DNA of 64,000 bases from Phyllobates terribilis (Eukaryota): assembly GCF_046119375.1 (NCBI RefSeq), contig NW_027362764.1, positions 437,720,001 to 437,784,000 on the forward strand. The letters are read 5' to 3'. The notes under the pieces are model-generated. The model saw only the letters and a list, made by a program, of their open reading frames with translations, was not told where the DNA came from and ran no database searches. Positions 50,750 through 63,100 of this stretch are shown one piece after another (positions within the stretch are counted from its first letter, which is position 1; every line of letters starts with the position of its first letter). Position numbers and translations under genes: made by a program.

Positions 50750-51130
50750 CCCAAAATTATTTTCCGGGCTAGATGCAGCTAAAAATTATTATTAATTTTA
50801 AATCTGGTGGAGCTTAGTATAGATGGCCTAATAGAATCTGTGCTGCACACTGCTACAAAGCCCAAATTATTATCCAGCCAAGGTACAGATAAACATGATT
50901 AGTAATTTTAAATCTGGTGGAGCTTAGTATAGATGGCCTAATAGAATCAGTACTGCACACTGCTACAAAGCCCAAATTATTTTCAAGCCAAGATACAGAT
51001 AAACATGATTAGTAATTTTAAATCTGGTGGAGCTTATTATAGATGGCCTAATAGAATCAGTGCTGCACACTGCTACAAAGCCCAAATTATTTTCCAGCCA
51101 AGATACAGATAAACATGATTAGTAATTTGA
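50750..51130 (+). repeat. 110-bp tandem repeat, about 3.5 units, downstream of the hAT C transposase
   Basis: AAATCTGGTGGAGCTT recurs at about 50800, 50910 and 51020. Confidence 0.9.
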
Positions 51131-51176
51131 AAGCTTAAAACGGTTGGTGAGGTGATTTTAACCAATCATCAAGCTT

Positions 51177-54100
51177 TTACTCTCCCCAGGATGACACAGG
51201 GGTAGAAAAGTAATTTTGGATCCATGATTTGTTCATCTTTTTGAACGTGAGTCTGTCTACATTATCAGTGGAGAGCCGCGTGCGCTTATCTGTCAGCACA
51301 CCACCAGCAGCGCTGAACACATGTTCAGACAGAACGCTGGCTGCGGGGCATGACAAGATCTCCAAGGCGTAAGTGGCTAGCTCCGGCCATTTATCCAGAT
51401 TAGAAGCCCAAAAAGAGCAAGGGTCCAGTGACACAGTCATGGCTTCAATGTTTACTTGGAGATACTCCTGTACCATCGTCTCTAGGCGTTGACTATGTGT
51501 CAGACTTCTTGTCTCCTGTGGCCTTGCAAAGGATGGGCTAAAAAAGTGGTAAAATGATTCCGCAAAATTGATGTTACCAGCAGATGCTGTGGTTCTGTTA
51601 CGGTTTGAGTGCTGAACACTCGACGGTCCCACGGTTGGCAAGTTGGAACTGTGAGATTCACTACTTGCACCACTGTTGTTTTGTGGAAAAGCACATGTAA
51701 GATTCTGCAACAGTTTCTGCTGATACTCCTGCATGCGTGCATCCCTTTCTATGGCAGGAATAATTTCTGAAAATTTACTTTTGTACCGGGGATCTAACAG
51801 TGTGGCAACCCAGTAGTCAGGATTATTTCTAATTCTCACAATTCGAGGGTCATGTTGCAGGTAGTGCAGCAAGAAGGCACTCATGTGTGTTGCGCATCCA
51901 GGAGCACCAAGTCCCTGTTGTGTTGGTGGCGAGGTAACAATCATGCTTCCTTCCTCTGTCCTCTCCCCCCAACCTCGCACAACAGAAATGTGATCAAGGT
52001 CTCCCTCATCTGATGAGTCTTCCATCAGTTCGTCCTCCACTTCTTTCTGGGCTCCTGCACCTTCCTCACTAGTTTGTCTGCTACCATGCGCCCTGGAAAA
52101 AAACATCTCCCCTACCCTCACATGCCTGCCGCCTTGGTGCTGCCGACCATCTGGACCTTGCAGATGTTAGCCCTTCCGCATACAACTCCTCCTCCTCTAC
52201 TTCCTCCACCTCCTCTTTTGCCATCACCTGACTCCGAATTCTGTTTAACATGTGCTCCAGCATGTAAATCACCGGAATAGTCATGCTGATAATGGCATCG
52301 TCAGCACTAAACATCTTCGTCGCCATTTCAAAACTGTGCAGAAGGGTGCATAGGTCCCTGATCTGAGACCACTCCTCCAGCGTGATTTGCCCCTCCTCTG
52401 GATCTCGTTGGCCCAGGCTATGCATCAGAACGTATTGCACCAGGGCTTGTTGGTGCTGCCACAGTCGCTGCAACATGTGCAGAGTTGAATTCCACTGGGT
52501 AGGCACATCGCATTTTAGCCGATGAAGTGGCAGGCCCAACGACTTCTGTAGAGATGTAAGTCGCTGAGCTGCGGGATGCGAACGGCGGAAGTGAGCACAC
52601 AGCGACCGTGCCCTCTGCAGAAGGCCATCTAGTCCGGGATAGTGGGCTAAAAATTGCTGGACAACCAGGTTCAACACGTGAGCCATACAAGGCACATGTG
52701 TGACATTGCCCCGGCGAAGGGCCGCACCCAGGTTTGCAGCATTGTCGCACACGGCCTTCCCTGGTTTCAGGTCCAGTGGAGACAACCATTCATGAAATTG
52801 GTTCTCCAGAGCTGACCACAACTCCTCAGCTGTGTGACTCACATTTCCCAGACATTTCAAAGTAAAAACCGCCTGATGACGTTGAGCCCTACTGCCAGCA
52901 TAGTAAGGAGGTGTGCAGGATCCCTTCTGCGCAGTTAGAAAGCTTGTGGCATGACCAGACAGGCTTTGGGTGCAGGTGGAGGACCGAGAGGAGGTTGTGG
53001 AGGCAGAAACAGTGGAGGAACTTTGAGATAAAGAGGATTGACGCACAACTCGTGGGGACTGCAAGACTTGGACAGCAGCCCCTTGTCCTGCTGTCACCAT
53101 AGTTACTCAGTGCCCAGTCAGCGACATGTAACGCCCCTGTCCATGCCTACTCGTCCAAGTGTCTGTGGTAAAATGCACCCTGTCACACACAGAATTTCTC
53201 AAAGAAGCAGTGATGTTGTGTTCGACATGCTGGTGGAGCGCAGGCACACCTTTCTTTGAGAAGTAGTGCCGACTGGTCATCTGGTACTGGGGCACTGCGA
53301 CGGACATAAGGTCTCGAAAATCGTCTGTGTCCACCAGGCGGAAAGGCAGCATTTCTGTAGCCAAGAGCTTGCAGATGGTGAAATTCAACCTCTTAGCTTT
53401 CTCATGGCTAGGAGGAAATGGTCTTTTACTTTTCCACATCTGAGGGACCGAGGGCTGGCTATTGTGCTTAGACGGGGTTGATAAGGGTGTCCCCGGCAAA
53501 CTGCCGGTCTGTGAGGAAGATGCAGGCGGACATGTTAGATTGCCTTGATCCAAAGGTGGTGCTATCGATGTCGGACAGTGCTCAACACCAGCTGGTGTTA
53601 CCACCTCCAAAGAAAATGATGACCGGCCAATCACGCTGGCTGTTGCGGGTAAAGAGGTGGCAGGTCTGCGCCCCAAAACAGGTGTGACTGCTGTCCCCCC
53701 AGTCACAGAGGATGAAGAGGCCGCGGATGCACAAGATATGGCAGACGGTGGTTGGCCCGGCCGGCTAGGCCGCATTGTAGCACAGTGAGCTTCCCACTGC
53801 AACTTATGCTTCATGTCCATGTGCCGGTTCATGCATGAAGTACTCAAACTATGTATTTTTTGGCCTCTACTTAGCTTTTGTGGACAAATGTTACAGATAA
53901 CACGAGTTGGGTCATATTTATCGATCTGAAAAAATGCCCAGGCTATGCAAGGCTTAGCACCCATGCGACCTGAAGAGCCACCACGACTTGTGGTGAGAGG
54001 CAGAGTTGTGTTTGAGGATGCAGTTGTTGACGTGCTTCCAGTACTACGTCTCTGTCCAGGAAGGCGCAACCTGACCTCGTCGTCACTAGCATCCTCCTCC

Positions 54101-54878
54101 ACCTCCTCTGCTGACCTCATCTCTTGGCTGACTGTGGGTTGACAGTAAGTGGGATCTCCAACCTCATCATCATCACCCTGTGCATTATCACACCCGTCGT
54201 CCTCAGAGCCAACCTGTTCCTGCCCTGACAAAAAACTAAAGTTGTCGCTCCAATCAGGTATTTGAGTCTCATCATCGTCTTCCTCATTGTCTCCACCAAC
54301 AGGAGTTAAAGTTTGGGAATAAGGGTCTACATTATGGTCAGAACCTTCTGCGTCTTGTCCTGGATCCGACTCATAAAGATTCTGGGCATCAGTGCAGATC
54401 ATTTCCTCATCTGGATTCACAGAAGCGCTGGAGTCGACATCTGATTCCCAGGCTATAGTATGAGTAAACAGCTCTGCAGACTCAACCATCTGTTCTACCT
54501 CATACTCAGACGGGCAGCTGGAGATTTGGGAGCTGTGAGGAAGCAAGTGCGATTGGGGTGACACCTTGGAGGACTGGAGTATTTGTGATGTTGAAGTTGA
54601 TGTGGAGGAGAGCCCACTTAAAGGAGCACTTGATATCCGTTGAAGCACCTGCTGTTTTTGTGCCTCATCTGGAATTTGTAGCGATGGCGTGGCCGTAAGA
54701 AAGGGATCTTATCACATTGTCCGCTAAAAGAAGTAGACATTTTAGTTTGGCTGGAAGATGGTCTTTCTTCTGCAGATGTTACTGTTGCTTTAACACCTAC
54801 ACCATGGACACAACCTTTTTTCCCCTTCCCAACATGCCTATTCCCCTTTCCACCAGCAGCAGGCCTTTTTCCACTCAT
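51177..54878 (-). pseudogene. hAT transposase, family C (about 3.7 kb, several frameshifts, all domains present)
   Basis: MSGKRPAAGGKG start; BED WAFF..CNIC..RHMDMKH; HFTTDTWTS; VCDNAAN; PCMAHVLNL; VPTQWNS; CPAASVLSEHVFSAAG..TDKRTRLS. Split over ORFs 54618-54878, 53107-54648, 52081-53100 and 51177-52121. Confidence 0.95.
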
Positions 54879-54974
54879 TTTGGTGGTTAACTAATTCACA
54901 ACTCTGGAGTTGTTTGCACAAAAAAACAATGGATGGGAACCGAGCAGAGCTGAGTGGCCAAACTGTGGTATTAG

Positions 54975-56605
54975 GCCAAAACTATTGGCTGGGTTAGATG
55001 CAGAAAAAAATTATATTCAATTTGCAACCTGATGGAGGTCAGTATAGATGGACTAATAGAACAAGTCCCAAAGACAGCTAGAAGCCCAAATAGTTTTTCA
55101 GAGGTAGATGCAGAAAAAAAATATATTCAGTTTGCAACCTGATGAAGGTCAGTATAGATGGACTAATAGAACAAGTCCCACAGACAGCTAGAAGCCCAAA
55201 TAGTTTTTCAGAGGTAGATGCAGAAAAAAAATATATTCAGATTGCAACCTGATGGAGGTCAGTATAGATGGACTAATAGAGAAAGTCCCACATACTGCTA
55301 GAAGACCAAATATTTTTTGAGAGCTAGATGCAGACAAATAATTATTTTTAATTTGCAACCTGATGGAGGTCAGTATAGATGGACTAATAGAGAAAGTCCC
55401 ACACACTGCTAGAAGGCCAAATATTTTTTCAGAGGTAGGTGCAGAAAAAAATTGTATTCAGTTTGCAACCTGATGGAGGTCAGTATAGATGGACTAATAG
55501 AACAAGTCCCACACACAGCTAGAAGCCCAAATATATTTTCAGAGGTAGATGCAGAAAAAAAATATATTCAGTTTGCAACCTGGTGGAGGTCAGTATAGAT
55601 GCACTAATAGAGAAAGTCCCACACACTGCTAGAAGGCCAAATATTTTTTCAGAGCTAGATGCAGACAAAAAATTATTTTTAATTTGCAACCTGATGGAGG
55701 TCAGTATAGATGGACTAATAGAGAAAGTCCCACACACTGCTAAAAGGCCAAATATTTTTCAGAGCTAGATGCAGACAAAAAATTATTTTGAATTTGCAAC
55801 GTGATGGAGGTCAGTATAAATGGACTAATAGAACAAGTCCCACACACTGCTAGAAGGCCAAATATTTTTCAGAGCTAGATGCAGAAAAAAATTATATTCA
55901 GTTTGCAACCTGATGGAGGTCAGTATAGATGGACTAATAGAACAAGTCCCACACACTGCTAGAAGCCCAAATATTTTTTCAGAGCTAGATGCAGAAAAAA
56001 ACTATATTCAGTTTGCAACCTGATGGAGGTCAGTATAGATGGACTAATAGAGAAAGTCCCACACACTGCTAGAAGGCCAAATATTTTTTCAGAGCTAGAT
56101 GCATAAAAAAATTATATTCAGTTTGCAACCTGATGGAGGTCAGTATAGATGGACTAATAGAACAAGTCCATCACAGAGCTAGAAGCCCAAATATTTTTTC
56201 AGACTTAGATGCAGATAAAAATCATTTTTAATTTGCAACCTGATGGAGGTCAGTATAGATGGACTAATGGAGAAAGTCCCACACACTGCTAGAAGGCCAA
56301 ATATTTTTTCAGAGCTAGATGCAGACAAAAAATTATTTTGAATTTGCAACGTGATGGAGGTCAGTATAGATTGACTAATAGAACAAGTTCCACACACTGC
56401 TAGAAGGCCAAATATTTTTTCAGAGCTAGATGCAGAAAAAAATTATATTCAGTTTGCAACCTGATGGAGGTCAGTATAGATGGACTAATAGAACAAGTCC
56501 CACACACTGCTAGAAGCCCAAATATTTTTTCAGAGCTAGATGCAGAAAAAAATTATATTCAATTTGCAAGCTGATGGAGGTCAGTATAGATGGACTAATA
56601 GAATG
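54975..56605 (+). repeat. 110-bp tandem array (about 15 units) upstream of the hAT C transposase
   Basis: TTTGCAACCTGATGGAGGTCAGTATAGATGGACTAATAG recurs every 110-111 bp (55021, 55131, 55241, 55352, 55462 and onward). Confidence 0.95.
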
Positions 56606-57139
56606 ATGCTATGCCCAAAAGATTTTACTTTACTAGGTGCAGTAAAAAAATTGGTATTCTATATACAGGTGGTATATCTTTCAACACAGATAGGCTACTC
56701 CACTGACTAACACACTCTGCAATAGGCTAAAAAGGATTAGCTTTGCTAGATTCAGCCAAATGCTGTGAAAAAAACTTGCACAGCACTGGCACAGACCTGC
56801 CTGGCAAAAACTGATAGGAACTGATGTAACCCAGTCCTGAAAAAGACTGCAATTACAATTAGTCTTTACTCCCACAACCTATCTATTTAAGAGCACAGAC
56901 CTGCCTGATAAAAGTCGTAGGAAATGCTGTAACCTTGTCCTTAAAAGGACTGCAATCATAACTATTCCCTACTCCCAAGCTACCTGTAGATTTGTGCGAA
57001 AATTGGCTTGAAATTAACAAGGTATAGTGCACACAGCAACAGCGGTGCCGTCTAACACGCAGCTGCAGCAGTGAGAAAATGGTGGCGACGGGGAAAATGG
57101 CTTGGTCTTATAGGGCAAGGACATGTGACATACACTGCC

Positions 57140-60100
57140 AATGAACAAATAAAGTAGCACACTGTAACACTGAGTATATAGATATGAAATATGAAATATG
57201 AATAGCATAACTGCTGTAGAAAAATAGAAATAAATGAAAAAATTTTTTGAAAAATTTTTTAGCGCATGTAAATATGAAATATGGAAAATGAATAGCATTA
57301 CTGCTGTAAATAAATGAGAAATCTTAGCACATAAATTGGCCAATTCATGTGTACCTGACAGCCACGGTAAGGCGTTTCTCGATGTCAGGACCTATCAATG
57401 TGAATACCTCTCTAAGAGACCTCCGTCTGCTTATGTGTGGGAAAGACAGATCCTGATGCATTTAAAACCACCTGCGGCATGGGGGTGGGGGTGGAGTGCT
57501 CAGTCAACGCTGAATCTAGTAACAAAGAAAATGACGGCACTTACACCACAAAAACTAGGCGTGAACAGGTGCCCACCAAGAGCAGCTACCTCCAAAATAC
57601 AAATTATTGAAAAAAATTTTTGAAAATATTTAAATATTTCATATTTACATGCGCTAAAAAATTTTTCAAAATTTTTTTTCATTTATTTCTATTTTTATAC
57701 AGCAGTTATGCTATTCATATTTCATATTTCATATCTATATACTCAGTGTTACAGTGTGCTACTTTATTTGTTCATTATATATGGAGGTAGCTGCTCTTGG
57801 TGGGCACCTGTTCACGCCTAGCTTTTGTGGTGGAAGTGCCGTCATTTTCTTTGTTACTAGATTCAGCGTTGACTGAGCACTCCACCCCCACCCCCATGCC
57901 GCAGGTGGTTTTAAATGCATCAGGATCTGTCTTTCCCACACATAAGCAGACGGAGGTCTCTTAGAGAGGTATTCACATTGATAGGTCCTGCATCGAGAAA
58001 CGCCTTACCGCGGCTGTCAGGTACACATGAATTGGCCAATTTATGCGCTAAGATTTCTCATTTATTTACAGCAGTAATGCTATTCATTTTCCATATTTCA
58101 TATTTACATGCGCTAAAAAATTTTTCAAAACATTTTTTAATTTATTTCTATTTTTCTACAGCAGTTATGCTATTCATATTTCATATTTCATATCTATATA
58201 CTCAGTGTTACAGTGTGCTACTTTATTTGTTCATTATATATGGAGGTAGCTGCTCTTGGTGGGCACCTGTTCACGCCTAGTTTTTGTGGTGGAAGTGCCA
58301 TTATTTTCTTTGCTACTAGATTCAGCGTTGACTGAGCACTCCACCCCCACCCCCATGCCGCAGGTGGTTTTAAATGCATCAGGATCTGTCTTTCCCACAC
58401 ATAAGCAGACAGAGGTCTCTTAGAGAGGTATTCACATTGATAGGTCCTGACATCGAGAAACGCCTTAACGCGGCTGTCAGGTACACATGAATTGGCCAAT
58501 TTATGCGCTAAGATTTCTCATTTATTTACAGCAGTAATGCTATTCATTTTCCATATTTCATATTTACATGCGCTAAAAAATTTTTCAAAAATTTTTTTCA
58601 TTTATTTCTATTTTTCTACAGCAGTTATGCTATTCATATTTCATATTTCATATCTATATACTCAGTGTTACAGTGTGCTACTTTATTTGTTCATTATATA
58701 TGGAGGTAGCTGCTCTTGGTGGGCACCTGTTCACGCCTAGTTTTTGTGGTGGCAGTGCCGTCATTTTCTTTGTTACTAGATTCAGCGTTGACTGAGCACT
58801 CCACCCCCACCCCCATGCCGCAGGTGGTTTTAAATGCATCAGGATCTGTCTTTCCCACACATAAGCAGACGGAGGTCTCTTAGAGAGGTATTCACATTGA
58901 TAGGTCCTGACATCGAGAAACGCCTAACCGCGGCTGTCAGGTACACATGAATTGGCCAATTTATGCGCTAAGATTTCTCATTTATTTACAGCAGTAATGC
59001 TATTCATTTTCCATATTTCATATTTACATGCGCTAAAAAAATTTTCAAAAAAATTTTTTTTTCATTTATTTCTATTTTTCTACAGCAGTTATGCTATTCA
59101 TATTTCATATTTCATATCTATATACTCAGTGTTACAGTGTGCTACTTTATTTGTTCATTATATATGGAGGTAGCTGCTCTTGGTGGGCACCTGTTCACGC
59201 CTAGTTTTTGTGGTGGAAGTGCCGTCATTTTTTTTGTTACTAGATTCAGCGTTGACTGAGCACTCCACCCCCACCCCCATGCCGCAGGTGGTTTTAAATG
59301 CATCAGGATCTGTCTTTCCCACACATAAGCAGACGGAGGTCTCTTAGAGAGGTATTCACATTGATAGGTCCTGACATCGAGAAACGCCTTACCGCGGCTG
59401 TCAGGTACACATGAATTGGCCAATTTATGCGCTAAGATTTCTCATTTATTTACAGCAGTAATGCTATTCATTTTACATATTTCATATTTACATGCGCTAA
59501 AAAAATTTTCAAAAATTTTTTTCATTTATTTCTATTTTTCTACAGCAGTTATGCTATTCATATTTCATATTTCATATCTATATACTCAGTGTTACAGTGT
59601 GCTACTTTATTTGTTCATTATATATGGAGGTAGCTGCTCTTGGTGGGCACCTGTTCACGCCTAGTTTTTGTGGTGGAAGTGCCATCATTTTCTTTGTTAC
59701 TAGATTCAGCGTTGACTGAGCACTCCACCCCCACCCCCATGCCGCAGGTGGTTTTAAATGCATCAGGATCTGTCTTTCCCACACATAAGCAGACGGAGGT
59801 CTCTTAGAGAGGTATTCACATTGATAGGTCCCGACATCGAGAAACGCCTTACCGCGGCTGTCAGGTACACATGAATTGGCCAATTTATGCGCTAAGATTT
59901 CTCATTTATTTACAGCAGTAATGCTATTCATTTTCCATATTTCATATTTACATGCGCTAAAAAATTTTTCAAAAATTTTTTTCATTTATTTCTATTTTTC
60001 TACAGCAGTTATGCTATTCATATTTCATATTTCATATCTATATACTCAGTGTTACAGTGTGCTACTTTATTTGTTCATTATATATGGAGGTAGCTGCTCT

Positions 60101-63100
60101 TGGTGGGCACCTGTTCACGCCTAGTTTTTGTGGTGGAAGTGCCATCATTTTCTTTGTTACTAGATTCAGCGTTGACTGAGCACTCCACCCCCACCCCCAT
60201 GCCGCAGGTGGTTTTAAATGCATCAGGATCTGTCTTTCCCACACATAAGCAGACGGAGGTCTCTTAGAGAGGTATTCACATTGATAGGTCCTGACATCGA
60301 GAAACGCCTTACCGCGGCTGTCAGGTACACATGAATTGGCCAATTTATGCGCTAAGATTTCTCATTTATTTACAGCAGTAATGCTATTCATTTTCCATAT
60401 TTCATATTTACATGCGCTAAAAAAATTTTCAAAAATTTTTTTCATTTATTTCTATTTTTCTACAGCAGTTATGCTATTCATATTTCATATTTCATATCTA
60501 TATACTCAGTGTTACAGTGTGCTACTTTATTTGTTCATTATATATGGAGGTAGCTGCTCTTGGTGGGCACCTGTTCACGCCTAGTTTTTGTGGTGGCAGT
60601 GCCGTCATTTTCTTTGTTACTAGATTCAGCGTTGACTGAGCACTCCACCCCCACCCCCATGCCGCAGGTGGTTTTAAATGCATCAGGATCTGTCTTTCCC
60701 ACACATAAGCAGACGGAGGTCTCTTAGAGAGGTATTCACATTGATAGGTCCTGACATCGAGAAACGCCTAACCGCGGCTGTCAGGTACACATGAATTGGC
60801 CAATTTATGCGCTAAGATTTCTCATTTATTTACAGCAGTAATGCTATTCATTTTCCATATTTCATATTTACATGCGCTAAAAAAATTTTCAAAAAAATTT
60901 TTTTTTCATTTATTTCTATTTTTCTACAGCAGTTATGCTATTCATATTTCATATTTCATATCTATATACTCAGTGTTACAGTGTGCTACTTTATTTGTTC
61001 ATTATATATGGAGGTAGCTGCTCTTGGTGGGCACCTGTTCACGCCTAGTTTTTGTGGTGGAAGTGCCGTCATTTTCTTTGTTACTAGATTCAGCGTTGAC
61101 TGAGCACTCCACCCCCACCCCCATGCCGCAGGTGGTTTTAAATGCATCAGGATCTGTCTTTCCCACACATAAGCAGACGGAGGTCTCTTAGAGAGGTATT
61201 CACATTGATAGGTCCTGACATCGAGAAACGCCTTACCGCGGCTGTCAGGTACACATGAATTGGCCAATTTATGCGCTAAGATTTCTCATTTATTTACAGC
61301 AGTAATGCTATTCATTTTACATATTTCATATTTACATGCGCTAAAAAAATTTTCAAAAATTTTTTTCATTTATTTCTATTTTTCTACAGCAGTTATGCTA
61401 TTCATATTTCATATTTCATATCTATATACTCAGTGTTACAGTGTGCTACTTTATTTGTTCATTATATATGGAGGTAGCTGCTCTTGGTGGGCACCTGTTC
61501 ACGCCTAGTTTTTGTGGTGGAAGTGCCATCATTTTCTTTGTTACTAGATTCAGCGTTGACTGAGCACTCCACCCCCACCCCCATGCCGCAGGTGGTTTTA
61601 AATGCATCAGGATCTGTCTTTCCCACACATAAGCAGACGGAGGTCTCTTAGAGAGGTATTCACATTGATAGGTCCTGACATCGAGAAACGCCTTACCGCG
61701 GCTGTCAGGTACACATGAATTGGCCAATTTATGCGCTAAGATTTCTCATTTATTTAAATCAGTAATGCTATTCATTTTCCATATTTCATATTTACATGCG
61801 CTAAAAAAATTTTCAAAGAATTTTTTCATTAATTTCTCATTTTCTACAGCAGTTATGCTATACATATTTCATATTTCATATCTATATACTCAGTGTTACA
61901 GTGTGCTACTTTATTTGTTCATTATATATGGAGGTAGCTGCTCTTGGTGGGCACCTGTTCACGCCTAGTTTTTGTGGTGGAAGTGCCATCATTTTCTTTG
62001 CTACTAGATTCAGCGTTGACTGAGCACTCCATCCCCACCCCCATGCCGCAGGTGGTTTTAAATGCATCAGGATCTGTCTTTCCCACACATAAGCAGACGG
62101 AGGTCTCTTAGAGAGGTATTCACATTGATAGGTCCTGACATCGAGAAACGCCTTACCGCGGCTGTCAGGTACACATGAATTGGCCAATTTATGCGCTAAG
62201 ATTTCTCATTTCTTTACAGCAGTAATGCTATTCATTTTCCATATTTCATATTTACATGCGCTAAAAAATTTTTCAAAATTTTTTTTCATTTATTTCTATT
62301 TTTCTACAGCAGTTATGCTATTCATATTTCATATTTCATATCTATATACTCAGTGTTACAGTGTGCTACTTTATTTGTTCATTATATATGGAGGTAGCTG
62401 CTCTTGGTGGGCACCTGTTCACGCCTAGTTTTTGTGGTGGAAGTGCCGTCATTTTCTTTGTTACTAGATTCAGCGTTGACTGAGCACTCCACCCCCACCC
62501 CCATGCCGCAGGTGGTTTTAAATGCATCAGGATCTGTCTTTCCCACACATAAGCAGACGGAGGTCTCTTAGAGAGGTATTCACATTGATAGGTCCTGACA
62601 TCGAGAAACGCCTTACCGCGGCTGTCAGGTACACATGAATTGGCCAATTTATGCGCTAAGATTTCTCATTTATTTACAGCAGTAATGCTATTCATTTTCC
62701 ATATTTCATATTTACATGCGCTAAAAAATTTTTCAAAAAAATTTTTTTTTCATTTATTTCTATTTTTCTACAGCAGTTATGCTATTCATATTTCATATTT
62801 CATATCTATATACTCAGTGTTACAGTGTGCTACTTTATTTGTTCATTATATATGGAGGTAGCTGCTCTTGGTGGGCACCTGTTCACACCTAGTTTTTGTG
62901 GTGGAAGTGCCGTCATTTTCTATGTTACTAGATTCAGCGTTGACTGAGCACTCCACCCCCACCCCCATGCCGCAGGTGGTTTTAAATGCATCAGGATCTG
63001 TCTTTCCCACACATAAGCAGACGGAGGTCTCTTAGAGAGGTATTCACATTGATAGGTCCTGACATCGAGAAACGCCTTACCGCGGCTGTCAGGTACACAT

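Larger units (their letters stand above)
46476..57140 (-). mobile_element. hAT transposon family C (composite, rearranged); 3' terminus at 46476, 5' terminus not seen
   Basis: TAGTGTTGAGC terminus with GTTCG subterminal repeats, preceded by CTCACGAA (nTnnnnAn). Transposase at 54878->51177. The 5' subterminal sequence runs into the satellite at about 57140. Confidence 0.7.

Noticed and set aside
54975-56605. CRISPR-like array
   Set aside because: Units are similar along their entire 110 bp with no unique spacers, the context is eukaryotic, and there are no cas genes.
58000-58030. Possible hammerhead in the satellite monomer (CCTGACATCGAGAAACGCC...GGCTGTCAGG)
   Set aside because: It has GAAAC, a GUC and a 7-bp CCTGACA/TGTCAGG hairpin, but no CUGANGA or UUGANAA core in register and no compatible stem I.
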